Virus record (IMG/VR): IMGVR_UViG_2897137741_000002
Coordinates: 1 to 64,000 of that record
Length of the DNA stretch: 64,000 nt
Direction: 5' to 3' (one strand)
From: an uncultured virus (IMG/VR IMGVR_UViG_2897137741_000002)
Lineage: Duplodnaviria > Heunggongvirae > Uroviricota > Caudoviricetes
Shown here: piece after piece, positions 1 through 13,988 of the stretch
Layout: the number at the start of each line of letters is the position of its first letter
Numbering within the stretch: position 1 is the first letter of the stretch
Notes under the pieces: model-generated
The model's database searches: none
Seen by the model: the letters and a program-made list of their open reading frames with translations, nothing else
Told to the model about the DNA's origin: nothing
Translations under genes and position numbers: made by a program

Positions 1-273
1 TTGTTTGAAAGTGAAGCAGAACTGAGACGAATCAGGATTGCACTTGTATGGATAGCTGTCTTTTTACTGTTCGGGGCGTGCGGGAATCAAGATACCATTA
101 TTGAAACAGACAGCGGCAATTCAGACTATGAAACGCCTCAGCCCACCTCGTTTCCACTTGAACATAACCATTTTGGCGTTATGGAGGACGGCTATATCAA
201 AATTTATGAGTATAATGAGTCCCGCAATGAGGTAAAGCTGAAGAAAGAATACGCGGATGATGAGCTTGAATAA
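1..273 (+). CDS. ymzC: YmzC family lipoprotein-like protein
   Basis: 90-aa ORF with hydrophobic N-terminus and lipobox-like FGAC; syntenic upstream of ymzA-nrdI. Confidence 0.75.
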   Translation: MFESEAELRRIRIALVWIAVFLLFGACGNQDTIIETDSGNSDYETPQPTSFPLEHNHFGVMEDGYIKIYEYNESRNEVKLKKEYADDELE

Positions 274-354
274 AATTCACAAGCATTCGAATTTACAAAG
301 CGGATGCCAGCCGCTAAACTAAATACAGACACAGATCAAACAGAGGGTGAAAAC

Positions 355-585
355 ATGAAGCATAAAGTGATCGTGAATCATTGGGAAGAAATTTGCGAAG
401 ATGATTCTTGCTATGAATACGGAACAAGTATCATTGTGAACGGAAAAGAATTAATCAGAGAAGCGTCAATTATCACTGCTTTGAAGGCGGTTTTAGAAGA
501 GATCGGCGCGGATGTTGAAATAGAAGAAACAGTAGAGAGCGAAAAATGCTGTGATAGCTTAAGAAAAAAAAATCTAGACTACTAA
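355..585 (+). CDS. ymzA: small hypothetical protein YmzA (76 aa)
   Basis: ATG at 355 after GAGGGTG RBS; synteny with nrdI. Confidence 0.75.
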   Translation: MKHKVIVNHWEEICEDDSCYEYGTSIIVNGKELIREASIITALKAVLEEIGADVEIEETVESEKCCDSLRKKNLDY

Positions 586-735
586 GCAGTTTTTTTTCAT
601 GTTATGATATACATCGGCTAAAAACGACACCCCGAGTAGGACGAGAGATGATTCTCGTTCTGCTCTCTTTTTTGGGCCCTAATGAGTCTGCCCATTTGCC
701 TGATTTGATCAAAATATGAATTTTTCATAAAAACG

Positions 736-784
736 AATCTATATATTGTGTTTTTGCTAGAGGGTAGTATACTATATATAGTGT
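736..784. promoter_or_regulatory. tandem NrdR boxes
   Basis: AATCTATATATTGTGT (736-751) and ATACTATATATAGTGT (769-784) match the NrdR consensus acaCwAtATaTwGtgt, just upstream of nrdI. Confidence 0.8.
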
Positions 785-824
785 TAGTGATGAGAGATTC
801 ATATTTTTTGATAGGTCGTGATAA

Positions 825-3282
<2,458 letters not shown>

Positions 3283-3299
3283 TTAAAGGAGAGTTTATA

Positions 3300-4289
3300 G
3301 TGACAAAAATTTATGACGCAGCAAACTGGTCAAAGCATGAAGACGATTTTACCCAAATGTTCTATAACCAAAACGTGAAACAGTTCTGGCTTCCGGAAGA
3401 GATTGCTTTAAACGGCGATCTCCTCACATGGAAGTACCTCGGAAAAAATGAGCAGGACACTTATATGAAGGTACTGGCCGGACTTACGCTTCTTGATACA
3501 GAGCAGGGGAATACGGGGATGCCGATTGTGGCTGAACACGTAGATGGCCACCAGCGGAAAGCGGTGCTGAACTTTATGGCGATGATGGAGAACGCTGTCC
3601 ATGCGAAGTCGTACTCTAATATTTTCATGACCCTTGCACCGACTGAAACGATTAATGAAGTATTTGAATGGGTTAAACAAAATAAATATTTGCAGAAAAA
3701 AGCGCAAATGATTGTCGGGCTTTACAAAGCCATTCAAAAAGATGATGAAATTTCACTGTTCAAAGCGATGGTTGCTTCCGTCTATCTGGAAAGCTTCCTT
3801 TTCTACAGCGGTTTCTATTATCCGTTATATTTCTACGGACAAGGAAAACTGATGCAAAGCGGTGAGATCATTAACCTGATCCTTCGTGACGAAGCGATTC
3901 ACGGCGTGTATGTCGGTCTCCTTGCTCAGGAAATTTATAATAAACAGACAGAAGAGAAAAAAGCAGAGCTTCGTGAATTTGCGATCGACCTTCTGAATCA
4001 GTTATATGAAAATGAGCTTGAGTATACAGAGGACTTGTACGATCAAGTCGGACTCTCACACGATGTAAAGAAATTCATCCGCTATAATGCGAATAAAGCG
4101 CTGATGAATCTTGGATTTGATCCATACTTCGAAGAGGAAGATATTAATCCGATCGTATTAAACGGATTAAACACAAAAACAAAATCGCATGACTTCTTCT
4201 CTATGAAGGGGAATGGCTATAAAAAAGCGACAGTTGAGCCGCTCAAAGATGATGACTTTTATTTTGAAGATGAAAAAGAGCAGATATAA
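3300..4289 (+). CDS. nrdF: class Ib ribonucleotide reductase beta subunit
   Basis: GTG start after [31 protein letters not shown] metal-ligand motifs. Confidence 0.98.
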   Translation: MTKIYDAANWSKHEDDFTQMFYNQNVKQFWLPEEIALNGDLLTWKYLGKNEQDTYMKVLAGLTLLDTEQGNTGMPIVAEHVDGHQRKAVLNFMAMMENAVHAKSYSNIFMTLAPTETINEVFEWVKQNKYLQKKAQMIVGLYKAIQKDDEISLFKAMVASVYLESFLFYSGFYYPLYFYGQGKLMQSGEIINLILRDEAIHGVYVGLLAQEIYNKQTEEKKAELREFAIDLLNQLYENELEYTEDLYDQVGLSHDVKKFIRYNANKALMNLGFDPYFEEEDINPIVLNGLNTKTKSHDFFSMKGNGYKKATVEPLKDDDFYFEDEKEQI

Positions 4290-4338
4290 TATCTGCTCTT
4301 TTCGGCTTGAAGGTTCAAATGAGGAGGACGCAGTACCC

Positions 4339-4959
4339 ATGGGAAAAATGGACGAAATGATTTTAGTTGCCCCGCGCGATGATGTGTTTAAGAAAGAAAG
4401 CTTAACCTTCCAGGGCGTGTACAGTGAAGATAGCAGAGTAGCCGAAATCATGGCTCAGATTGAAGCAGCCTATCGTGAAATGAGAAGAGGGGACGCAGAA
4501 GAAGATCCGCGTTTCAAGCAGCCGATACCTTATGTCGTCATTAAGCGTGAAGATGAAGTTTTTCTTTACGAGCGGCTGGCTGGCGGCGGTGAATCACGAC
4601 TGCACAACAAGCTTTCTCTCGGCTTTGGCGGCCATATGAACGCCATCGAAGGGGCAGCTTCATTTGCTGAAGTCTTAAAGCTGAACACAGACCGTGAGCT
4701 TGAGGAAGAACTGCAAATAAATGAAGAAGATAAACAGGCGATTGTCACACTGGGATTGATCAATGATGATGAAAACAGTGTTGGCAAAGTGCATATCGGT
4801 ATTCTTTCTGCGCTTCAATTAAAGCCTGGCGCACAAGTGGAAGTGAAGGAGAAAGAACAAATTGCTGGTAAATGGATGAAAGTTTCTGAATTAAAACAGG
4901 ATGACATCTACAACCGTCTGGAAACATGGTCACAGTTTGTTGTCGATATCCTTGAATAA
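4339..4959 (+). CDS. ymaB: YmaB NUDIX-like protein
   Basis: ATG after GAGGAGG; RELEEEL Nudix-like box; last gene of nrd operon. Confidence 0.9.
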   Translation: MGKMDEMILVAPRDDVFKKESLTFQGVYSEDSRVAEIMAQIEAAYREMRRGDAEEDPRFKQPIPYVVIKREDEVFLYERLAGGGESRLHNKLSLGFGGHMNAIEGAASFAEVLKLNTDRELEEELQINEEDKQAIVTLGLINDDENSVGKVHIGILSALQLKPGAQVEVKEKEQIAGKWMKVSELKQDDIYNRLETWSQFVVDILE

Positions 4960-4998
4960 AAAAACCCGGTTTCTCGTGATGAGGAGCCGGGTTTTTTT
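4958..4998. terminator. bidirectional intrinsic terminator
   Basis: A7-CCCGGTTTCTC...GAGGAGCCGGG-T7 between convergent ymaB and cwlC. Confidence 0.85.
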
Positions 4999-5022
4999 AT
5001 GAGACGCTCGTCCCGGTCTCGG

Positions 5023-5790
5023 CTATGATTCTAGGATCACAATAGCGTCAAAGCCGGCATTTTTCGCTCTGGCAGCCAGGGTGTCTGCATTGTCTTTGGA
5101 TGAAAATGCGCCAATCTGCACTTTGTATAATCCGTCCTTTAAAAGGACAATCGAGTCAAAACCTTTGGCTTCGGCTTTACTTGCGAGCGAGTCGGCATTC
5201 GCTTTGACTTTAAATGCGCCGATTTGAACCTTATATAACCCTAAGCTGGAAGTCTTTTTAAGGTTAAAGGCTTGCTCCAGCCCGTTTGCATGTCCTCTCG
5301 CTAAGCTTTGAATAAAACTGCTCGTTTTCAGCTTATTTGCATCGGCAACGGTATCAATGAAGCCGTTCTCGGTCAAGAGGGCAGGCATTGCCGACTCCCT
5401 TAGGACGTGGAAGTTCGCCGTTTTTTTGCCGCGATCGGCAAAGTCGACAGCTTGTATCACTTCAGAGTGAATTGCCGATTGATAAGTCGTCGTCGGGGCT
5501 CCTACACCTGGATAAATATAGCTTTCAAAACCTGTGCCTCCCCCGGAATTAACGTGAATGGACAAAAAGAAATCTGCTCCCCAGTTATTTGCGGCATTTG
5601 TCCGGTCGTTTAAGCTGACATATTGGTCGCTTGTCCGGCTCAGCAGCAAAGAAACGCCTTCATATTCATTAGTTAATATCGTACGTAAGGCTAAAGCGAT
5701 TTGCAGGGTTAACGTTTTTTCCTGAAGGCCATTACCTGTTGCGCCTGGATCAGACCCGCCATGGCCAGGATCAATAAAAATTTTAACCAT
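5023..5790 (-). CDS. cwlC: mother-cell N-acetylmuramoyl-L-alanine amidase CwlC (Amidase_3 + SPOR repeats)
   Basis: IDPGHGG, SIHVN and TENGF motifs; two YKVQIGAF repeats; 255 aa. Confidence 0.95.
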   Translation of the reverse strand: MVKIFIDPGHGGSDPGATGNGLQEKTLTLQIALALRTILTNEYEGVSLLLSRTSDQYVSLNDRTNAANNWGADFFLSIHVNSGGGTGFESYIYPGVGAPTTTYQSAIHSEVIQAVDFADRGKKTANFHVLRESAMPALLTENGFIDTVADANKLKTSSFIQSLARGHANGLEQAFNLKKTSSLGLYKVQIGAFKVKANADSLASKAEAKGFDSIVLLKDGLYKVQIGAFSSKDNADTLAARAKNAGFDAIVILES

Positions 5791-6422
5791 TTTTCATCAC
5801 CTCATTACAGGATATGAAAAAACACGGCTTCTGCTTGTACGATTATCATTCAACTGAAAAATGAGGAAATAACCCTTTCACATCCGGAAATTATTTCTCG
5901 GGAAAGCGCACAATTCAACATGAAGCGACAACAGATACGGCCCGACATGAAATATGTGCATACGCCATATGTTTGTATGTACTATGGGTTCGGTTAACCT
6001 GCACTGATTCCTGCTGATTTAAGCTTTACGTTCATAAGCATTTGAAACGTAAATTGATGAGAAAGCTCCTTTCATTAAAGACACCACTTTATAAATCGAA
6101 AAAAAGAAAAACACTTCAGGTATCTTACGGCGGGTAATACGCTTCGTACAAAAAACAGCCCGTTACATGAAAAAAGGATTGGCGAATGGGGATAATAATG
6201 AGAAAAAGAAGCTCACTATAATACTCTGACAAAATGATTAAAAACAAAATCTCATGGTTTGTCCACCCCATGTCCGTGAATACAATAAGAAATAAAGTAT
6301 TTCTCGGGAAAGCGCAGGATTCCTTATTGTTCCCGAAAAAAGCAATTGTTTCGACACATGATAGGCGTTTGTCACAATCGGCATCCGCTTGAATATCATA
6401 TAGAGAGAACAGAGAGGTGAAG

Positions 6423-6977
6423 ATGTTGGAGCGCGCTGTGACTTATAAAAACAACGGACAGATCAACATTATTCTGAACGGGCAAAAGCAGGTGCTGACG
6501 AATGCTGAGGCAGAGGCGGAATATCAGGCTGCATTGCAAAAAAACGAAGCAAAGCACGGCATTTTGAAGGAAATCGAAAAAGAGATGAGCGCATTAGTTG
6601 GGATGGAGGAAATGAAACGCAACATCAAGGAAATATACGCCTGGATTTTTGTGAACCAAAAACGCGCGGAGCAAGGCTTGAAGGTTGGAAAGCAAGCGCT
6701 GCACATGATGTTTAAAGGAAATCCGGGAACGGGAAAAACGACGGTTGCACGGCTCATCGGCAAGCTGTTCTTTGAAATGAATGTCCTGTCAAAAGGCCAC
6801 TTAATAGAAGCGGAGCGGGCTGACCTGGTCGGGGAGTATATCGGACACACCGCCCAAAAGACGAGAGACTTAATCAAAAAGTCATTAGGTGGCATTTTGT
6901 TTATAGACGAAGCCTACTCGCTGGCAAGAGGCGGCGAAAAGGACTTTGGGAAAGAAGCGATCGACACACTTGTCAAG
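6423..6977 (+). pseudogene. spoVK: 5' portion of spoVK (AAA+ ATPase), interrupted by prophage
   Basis: Walker A GNPGTGKT and Walker B LFIDEAY; SpoVK-like sequence ends at ...AIDTLVK, then reads into a 28-aa foreign tail to a stop at 7064. Confidence 0.92.
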
Positions 6978-7000
6978 AACAAGGTTTTAACTTTTATGTC
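6965..7000. other. prophage attachment junction (hybrid att site) in spoVK
   Basis: abrupt loss of spoVK sequence after GTCAAG (6972-6977) and shift to AT-rich DNA; exact crossover not determinable without the other end. Confidence 0.75.
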
Positions 7001-7087
7001 ACTTCTCAACTCGATATCCCTCAGCCTCAACGTCAATATAAATACGTATGGCAACAATATTTAGAGCGATTTAATGAGATCAAAAAA

Positions 7088-7381
7088 ATGCACTTTGAAG
7101 AGCTTAAAACTGTAGGAGAGATTTCTAAGGAACTAAATATCTCAGATTGGATTATTTTAGATTTATTTAAATCACAAAATGTGGACAAGCTTTCATTTCA
7201 GGAATTGTCTAAGCGTAGACGAACTAAGGACTTTGCTTTTCTTTATGATCTACATTTCAATAAGAAAATGAGCCTGAAGGAAATTAGTCGAGCTTTCGAT
7301 TATTCTCCACCTTATATCCGTCAAGTTTTTAAGGATCAGGGAATTAAACACTTAACCTTTAAAAATCAGTATAAAAATTGA
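7088..7381 (+). CDS. tandem HTH-like protein, probably the 3' part of a phage gene split at att
   Basis: two internal repeats; no RBS before the ATG; frame open upstream through the junction. Confidence 0.55.
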   Translation: MHFEELKTVGEISKELNISDWIILDLFKSQNVDKLSFQELSKRRRTKDFAFLYDLHFNKKMSLKEISRAFDYSPPYIRQVFKDQGIKHLTFKNQYKN

Positions 7382-7544
7382 ATTTGATTCTACATCTAGT
7401 TTTGGCTTTATCGGATATGTCTGTATATAATATTTAATTCTAAATTAAATGGGTATTTTATTTAAAACCGAAAGCTGCTTGAATACATCGCAAATATAAA
7501 GTATCCTGTATATGTATCATAGGGGTTTAACAGCCACTATAACG

Positions 7545-7580
7545 CCAGAGAGCTCCCTCACATAGCTCTCTGGTTCTTTT
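7545..7580 (+). terminator. intrinsic terminator
   Basis: CCAGAGAGCT...AGCTCTCTGG followed by TTCTTTT. Confidence 0.7.
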
Positions 7581-7843
7581 AATTTATAGGCTGTTTTTGC
7601 ATAAAGACCATCGTGAAGATAAAAATTTTAAAGATGAACTCAAATAATCTAAGGGAATAAAATAGTGAAGTTGATCCCAAATACGCAAATTTCATATAAT
7701 AAGTACATACTAATCTGTTTATTAAACTTACGTGTAGAGCTGGGTAAGTAAATGTTATTAATGGTTTCGGTCATTAAGGGAGTGCAATTTATAGGATGAA
7801 GAAAAATCTTATGGTAATTAATTAAAAGAACAGGAGGCTATGA

Positions 7844-8377
7844 ATGGAATTCTTAATTAGACAAGAACTCACACATGAATATAATACGACTGAAGAAATT
7901 GTTAAAAGAGCTTTTTTAAATGAAGAATATAGTGACAAGAAAGAGCATTTACTTGTAAATAGGATTAGAAAATCAGATGCATTCATTCCTGAACTTTCAT
8001 TGGTCGCATTAAATCAAGATAAAGATATCGTAGGCCATGTCCTTTTATCTAAAATAAAAATCATTGATGGCGATAACACTGTCGATTCTTTAGCACTTGC
8101 TCCAGTTTCTGTTGCGCCTGATTATCAGAAAAAAGGAATTGGGAGTAAATTAATTCGTACTGCGTTAAAAAACGCAATAGAGCTTGGTTATCGTTCAGTA
8201 ATTGTTTTAGGACATAAAGATTATTATCCAAGGTTTGGTTTTAAGCCAGCTAGCTTATGGAATATAAAAGCCCCATTTGAGGTGCCTGATGAAGTGTTTA
8301 TGGCTCTAGAATTAGCAGATAATTCTCTTGAAGATGTGCAAGGTATCGTTAATTATTCAAAAGCTTTTTTTGAGTAA
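7844..8377 (+). CDS. GNAT N-acetyltransferase (YhbS-like)
   Basis: acetyl-CoA motif VAPDYQKKGIG and LGHKDYYPRFGF; RBS AGGAGG. Confidence 0.88.
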   Translation: MEFLIRQELTHEYNTTEEIVKRAFLNEEYSDKKEHLLVNRIRKSDAFIPELSLVALNQDKDIVGHVLLSKIKIIDGDNTVDSLALAPVSVAPDYQKKGIGSKLIRTALKNAIELGYRSVIVLGHKDYYPRFGFKPASLWNIKAPFEVPDEVFMALELADNSLEDVQGIVNYSKAFFE

Positions 8378-8501
8378 AAATTAGATGATTGATTAGATAT
8401 TGTTAAAAAGAGGTTGTCCCGAAAATTTTTAATCTGTGGATAGCCTCTTTTTGTGTAAAGAGCCCAAAAAAATAAAAAAGAAAGCCACAAAGGGCTTTCA
8501 A

Positions 8502-9392
8502 TTAACGTTCACATGCATAGTTGTCATGATCCCTGTCCATTTTAGATTGGTAAGCAGGGTGGGAGCTAGGCACTCCATTCGGATATTTCTTTCTTAACTC
8601 TGTGCAATTTTTAAATGTTTCTCCAGTTGTCTCTGAAGAAGCTTCTTTTTCAGTTGTAGTCGAAGTTTCACTTGATGCCTTTGGAGTAGTAGGCTGTTTA
8701 GCTGCCGGTTTAGTTGTTGTTGCTTTTTTAACTGCAGTGGTTTTTTCTTTCACACAGCCATTAAATCCTCGGTCGGTCACATATCCATTCTTGCTCCAGA
8801 TTGAAAGCTTCTCTGATTTTGCTTCCTGCTCGTCTTTCTTAAATTGGTCTATGTATTTGGTGTTTGGCTCATATACATATGCTACTCTGGCCAATCCTTC
8901 TTTTAGCAATGTTTCCTGAACAGATTTGCCATCCACATAAACATAAGCTAATAGTCTTCCGTATTTATCTCTGCGGTCACCTTTATCGAACTCCAGTTGC
9001 AGCTTACCACTGTTGACCAATTCCTTGTTTCGCTTAGACGCATCTTCACCATATGGTTGAACACAAGAATTTGGTTTCTTAGTTTCAGGTGTATCAACGA
9101 GCAAGTAGCGAACTGTGTCTACATTTCCATTGTAGCTTACTTTAATTGTGTCACCATCAATTGCTCTATCTAGAGTAACATCGACCAATTCCTTTTTGTC
9201 TTTTTCCTTAGACTTGTCAGCAGTTTTTTCTTTAGTAGATTCCTTTAGTTCTGTTTTCTTTTCTACATCTGTAGAAGCTTGTGGTGTTTCTTTTTCTGTG
9301 CTTACTTTTTCAGAATCATTTGAGCTGCAGGCTGCCAATGATAAGCTCAAAGTGAATGCTGCAAAACCTAATAATACTTTCTTCAACTTCAT
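8502..9392 (-). CDS. yokF: thermonuclease-family lipoprotein with C-terminal Excalibur domain
   Basis: lipobox LAAC; DGDT, DTPE, DKYGRLLAYVY; DRDHDNYACE; 296 aa. Confidence 0.92.
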   Translation of the reverse strand: MKLKKVLLGFAAFTLSLSLAACSSNDSEKVSTEKETPQASTDVEKKTELKESTKEKTADKSKEKDKKELVDVTLDRAIDGDTIKVSYNGNVDTVRYLLVDTPETKKPNSCVQPYGEDASKRNKELVNSGKLQLEFDKGDRRDKYGRLLAYVYVDGKSVQETLLKEGLARVAYVYEPNTKYIDQFKKDEQEAKSEKLSIWSKNGYVTDRGFNGCVKEKTTAVKKATTTKPAAKQPTTPKASSETSTTTEKEASSETTGETFKNCTELRKKYPNGVPSSHPAYQSKMDRDHDNYACER

Positions 9393-9565
9393 TTCCCCTT
9401 TTAGAATGTTTGTTCTCTATTTATATCGGTAAACCATCAATAATTATAATCCTATATCCAATTATTGTGAATTTAATTTTTCCTTAATATCATCTCATTT
9501 CTCTTTAAAACTTCTAGGCGCATGTTAAAATTTCACTGAATTCATAGTCAAAAGGGGAATGTTTT

Positions 9566-9812
9566 ATGCTTGGAATAAAAAAATAAATGAAAACTTAATT
9601 ATCAATTGGCAGCTATCAAAAATTGAAATTCCAATCAAAGAAATCAACGATGTATTCCTTGATCCAAACTATATGGAGGAGAGGAGAAAAGCGCAGTAAG
9701 GATTGGGTTTCCTTATGGCTCAACAGATAGGGTAGTAATTAAAACAGCATATAACACTTACATTTTGTTCACCACTAATCCTGCATCTATTATGAATAAA
9801 ATTGTTTCCTAG
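9566..9812 (+). pseudogene. SunI/YnzG-family pseudogene with two frameshifts
   Basis: RBS AAGGGG; repairing a 1-bp deletion in an A-run and a 2-bp insertion gives an 81-aa protein with LSKIEIPI and [15 protein letters not shown], which align to SunI in this window. Confidence 0.75.
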
Positions 9813-9899
9813 TAACCAATTAATGTCCTATTAGTTATGCTTTCCTTATAGTTACATGACATGGTGAAATCTAGATAATTGTTGATAGGGGGATGGGAT

Positions 9900-10433
9900 A
9901 TGGAAGAAGGCAAACTTATTCATTTGACACTTGCTGGTATTAAAGAAGCTGTTTCTAAGTATGGCACTTTTCCAATGATTCAACCAGGTGGTTTCGTATT
10001 AGAAGATGCCACATTTGAATTTAATGAACCTGCAACAGAAGACGAAATTAGAAAATTAGAATCACATTTCAATGTAAGTTTACCCAAAGATTATAAGGAG
10101 TTCCTAGCTCTACATAATGGATTGGAGTTTCTTGATGGAATCGAAATACTCAGTATGGAAGATGTTATGAAATACAATGAAACAGAAGACCTACCAGAAA
10201 AGTGTTTTTTGATTGGATATCATTTTGATGGAAGGTATGTTATAGATTCAAATAGATATGAAAAAGGGGACTTAGATTACCTATTTTATTTGGATTCGAC
10301 TGATCATTTTGATGAAGCAGTGGATTTAAAAGCGAATTTTGAAATTTGGTTTGATCGACTTTTAAGTTCGAACGGAAATAAGTACTGGGAAGTTGAAAGA
10401 GATGCTAAAGCTTACTATAAGAACATAAATTAA
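9900..10433 (+). CDS. yokH: SMI1/KNR4 (SUKH) immunity protein, YokH-like
   Basis: PATEDEIRKLE...LPKDYKEFL...NG SUKH signature; upstream of the LXG toxin. Confidence 0.7.
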   Translation: MEEGKLIHLTLAGIKEAVSKYGTFPMIQPGGFVLEDATFEFNEPATEDEIRKLESHFNVSLPKDYKEFLALHNGLEFLDGIEILSMEDVMKYNETEDLPEKCFLIGYHFDGRYVIDSNRYEKGDLDYLFYLDSTDHFDEAVDLKANFEIWFDRLLSSNGNKYWEVERDAKAYYKNIN

Positions 10434-10558
10434 AGATGCACCCAATGATTTTTTAGTTTCACATGTTAATCATATCATTAAAGGGCAGTCATATTTGGCT
10501 GTCTTTTTCTGTTATTGAAATAGTTGATTGTGGTAAAATTTACATAGAGTAAGCATGA

Positions 10559-12457
<1,899 letters not shown>

Positions 12458-12469
12458 GGGGGCAGTATT

Positions 12470-12928
12470 ATGTGGGTAAATTTATTAGAGGAAATTCGAA
12501 AAATTGAAGCAAAGTATGGAGATGAATTAAATTCTCCTGTTACAGACCAAGAAATAAGAAACTTTGAAGAAGCAGTATTAGGTAAGTTCCCTGTAAATGA
12601 GATTCCTTTAGAATATAAAAAATTCCTTCAAACTGTAAACGGATTAGATTTTAATGGCTTGGTAATCTATGGATTGGATCAAGAATTACTGAGAGAAGAA
12701 AATGATGAAGAAGTTTATGGTTTTATTGAAACAAATGAACAGTGGCACGAAAATGATGAGCAGAAAAAATATCTGTTTTTTGGTGACTCAGATACAGCTT
12801 GGTATTGTTTAGATGTAATTGAGAATGAATACTTAGAGCTTGATAAACCCTCTGGAACGCTGATGAACAAATTTAATGATTTTAACTCCATGTTAGCTGA
12901 TGCATTGAAAGTTAGTTTAGACAATTAA
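12470..12928 (+). CDS. SUKH-family cognate immunity protein
   Basis: immediately downstream of the toxin; IPLEYKKFL..VNGLDFNG motif. Confidence 0.8.
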   Translation: MWVNLLEEIRKIEAKYGDELNSPVTDQEIRNFEEAVLGKFPVNEIPLEYKKFLQTVNGLDFNGLVIYGLDQELLREENDEEVYGFIETNEQWHENDEQKKYLFFGDSDTAWYCLDVIENEYLELDKPSGTLMNKFNDFNSMLADALKVSLDN

Positions 12929-12983
12929 ACAAAAGTATTGCAATTGTTCATTGCTAAAGATGTGCAATGCGGAGGGGATTAAT

Positions 12984-13565
12984 ATGAGCTTCAATACTAT
13001 CAAACAAAAGTTGAAAGAGTTTTCAATTGATGCAAAAACAGATCCCAGAATCAATAAAAATGAACAACTCAAAGAAATTGAAATGAACATAGGAAAACAA
13101 TTACCTTCTGATTATAAGGACTTTTTGAAGGAATATGGCGGCTGTTATCTAGAAAGTACAAAAACAACAGATGAAATTGAGTATGACGTTTGCTATAAAC
13201 CTATAGAGAAAGACCCTTGGATGGGTAAGGACGATGATACGCAATTGTTAGAGGATTTTTATGGTTTAGCGAACGATCATAGCAATCTTCAGAAAGCGAT
13301 CGATACATATTCTGATCGTTTTCCTAAAAATATAATTCCTATTGCAAGCTCTTCAGGCGGGAATGAAATATGTATGGATATCGATAATGAAAAGATATTG
13401 TTTTGGGATCATGAATTAAGTCATCCAGATAAAGACTTTTTTCTGATTGCCAATTCGTTTGAGGAGTTTATCTTAAGTTTAGTTGATGAACCAATTGAAG
13501 CTGATGAAGAAGATGATGATGGAATACTGTATATTGAATTAGATGATGATTTACTAAACAGGTAA
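12984..13565 (+). CDS. yokK: SMI1/KNR4 immunity protein, YokK-like
   Basis: LPSDYKDFLKEYGG and IPIA...GGNEIC...WDHE; acidic tail. Confidence 0.75.
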   Translation: MSFNTIKQKLKEFSIDAKTDPRINKNEQLKEIEMNIGKQLPSDYKDFLKEYGGCYLESTKTTDEIEYDVCYKPIEKDPWMGKDDDTQLLEDFYGLANDHSNLQKAIDTYSDRFPKNIIPIASSSGGNEICMDIDNEKILFWDHELSHPDKDFFLIANSFEEFILSLVDEPIEADEEDDDGILYIELDDDLLNR

Positions 13566-13616
13566 ACAAAAGTCTGCAATTGCTCAATAGATACACTTGA
13601 GTTGCACATCCTCAAT

Positions 13617-13642
13617 CTAAATAAAATAATGGTTTTATCCAT
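13617..13642. repeat. 26-bp junction palindrome, copy 1
   Basis: CTAAATAAAA TAATGG TTTTATCCAT. Confidence 0.7.
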
Positions 13643-13690
13643 AAAGCAATAGTATTGCAAATACCATTTTTATATGGTTATAATTAGGTT

Positions 13691-13882
13691 AATGATACAA
13701 TTATATGATTATTTTTTGCATTATGTTTAATGAAATGCATAAAATAAAGAAGACCTGGGGTGCGCTTACACCCACAGGCCGCTATTTGCACAAAAAGCTG
13801 CCCGTCAAAGGGCTTGCTCGGTGTTGTTCTAGATAGACCTTACCCTTCAGGATTCCAGTCTCAAGGGAGGTCTATTTTTTCT
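13691..13882 (+). ncRNA. SR4-like antisense antitoxin RNA
   Basis: TTGCAA-18-TATAAT promoter (13655-13684); ends in TAGACC...GGTCTA-T6 terminator overlapping the bsrG 3' end; ends approximate. Confidence 0.7.
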
Positions 13883-13988
13883 TTTGGTTTGACGTTACAA
13901 GCATCATTATATTGAAGATCAACAAGACGGTATTTAATATCAACCCGCCAAAATTGATCATTATCATTAATGATTCGTAAACAGTCAT
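13872..13988 (-). CDS. bsrG: type I toxin BsrG (38 aa)
   Basis: MTVYESLMIMINFGGLILNTVLLIFNIMMLVTSNQKKK; RBS GGGGGTGGG; missed by the ORF track. Confidence 0.92.
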   Translation of the reverse strand: MTVYESLMIMINFGGLILNTVLLIFNIMMLVTSNQKKK

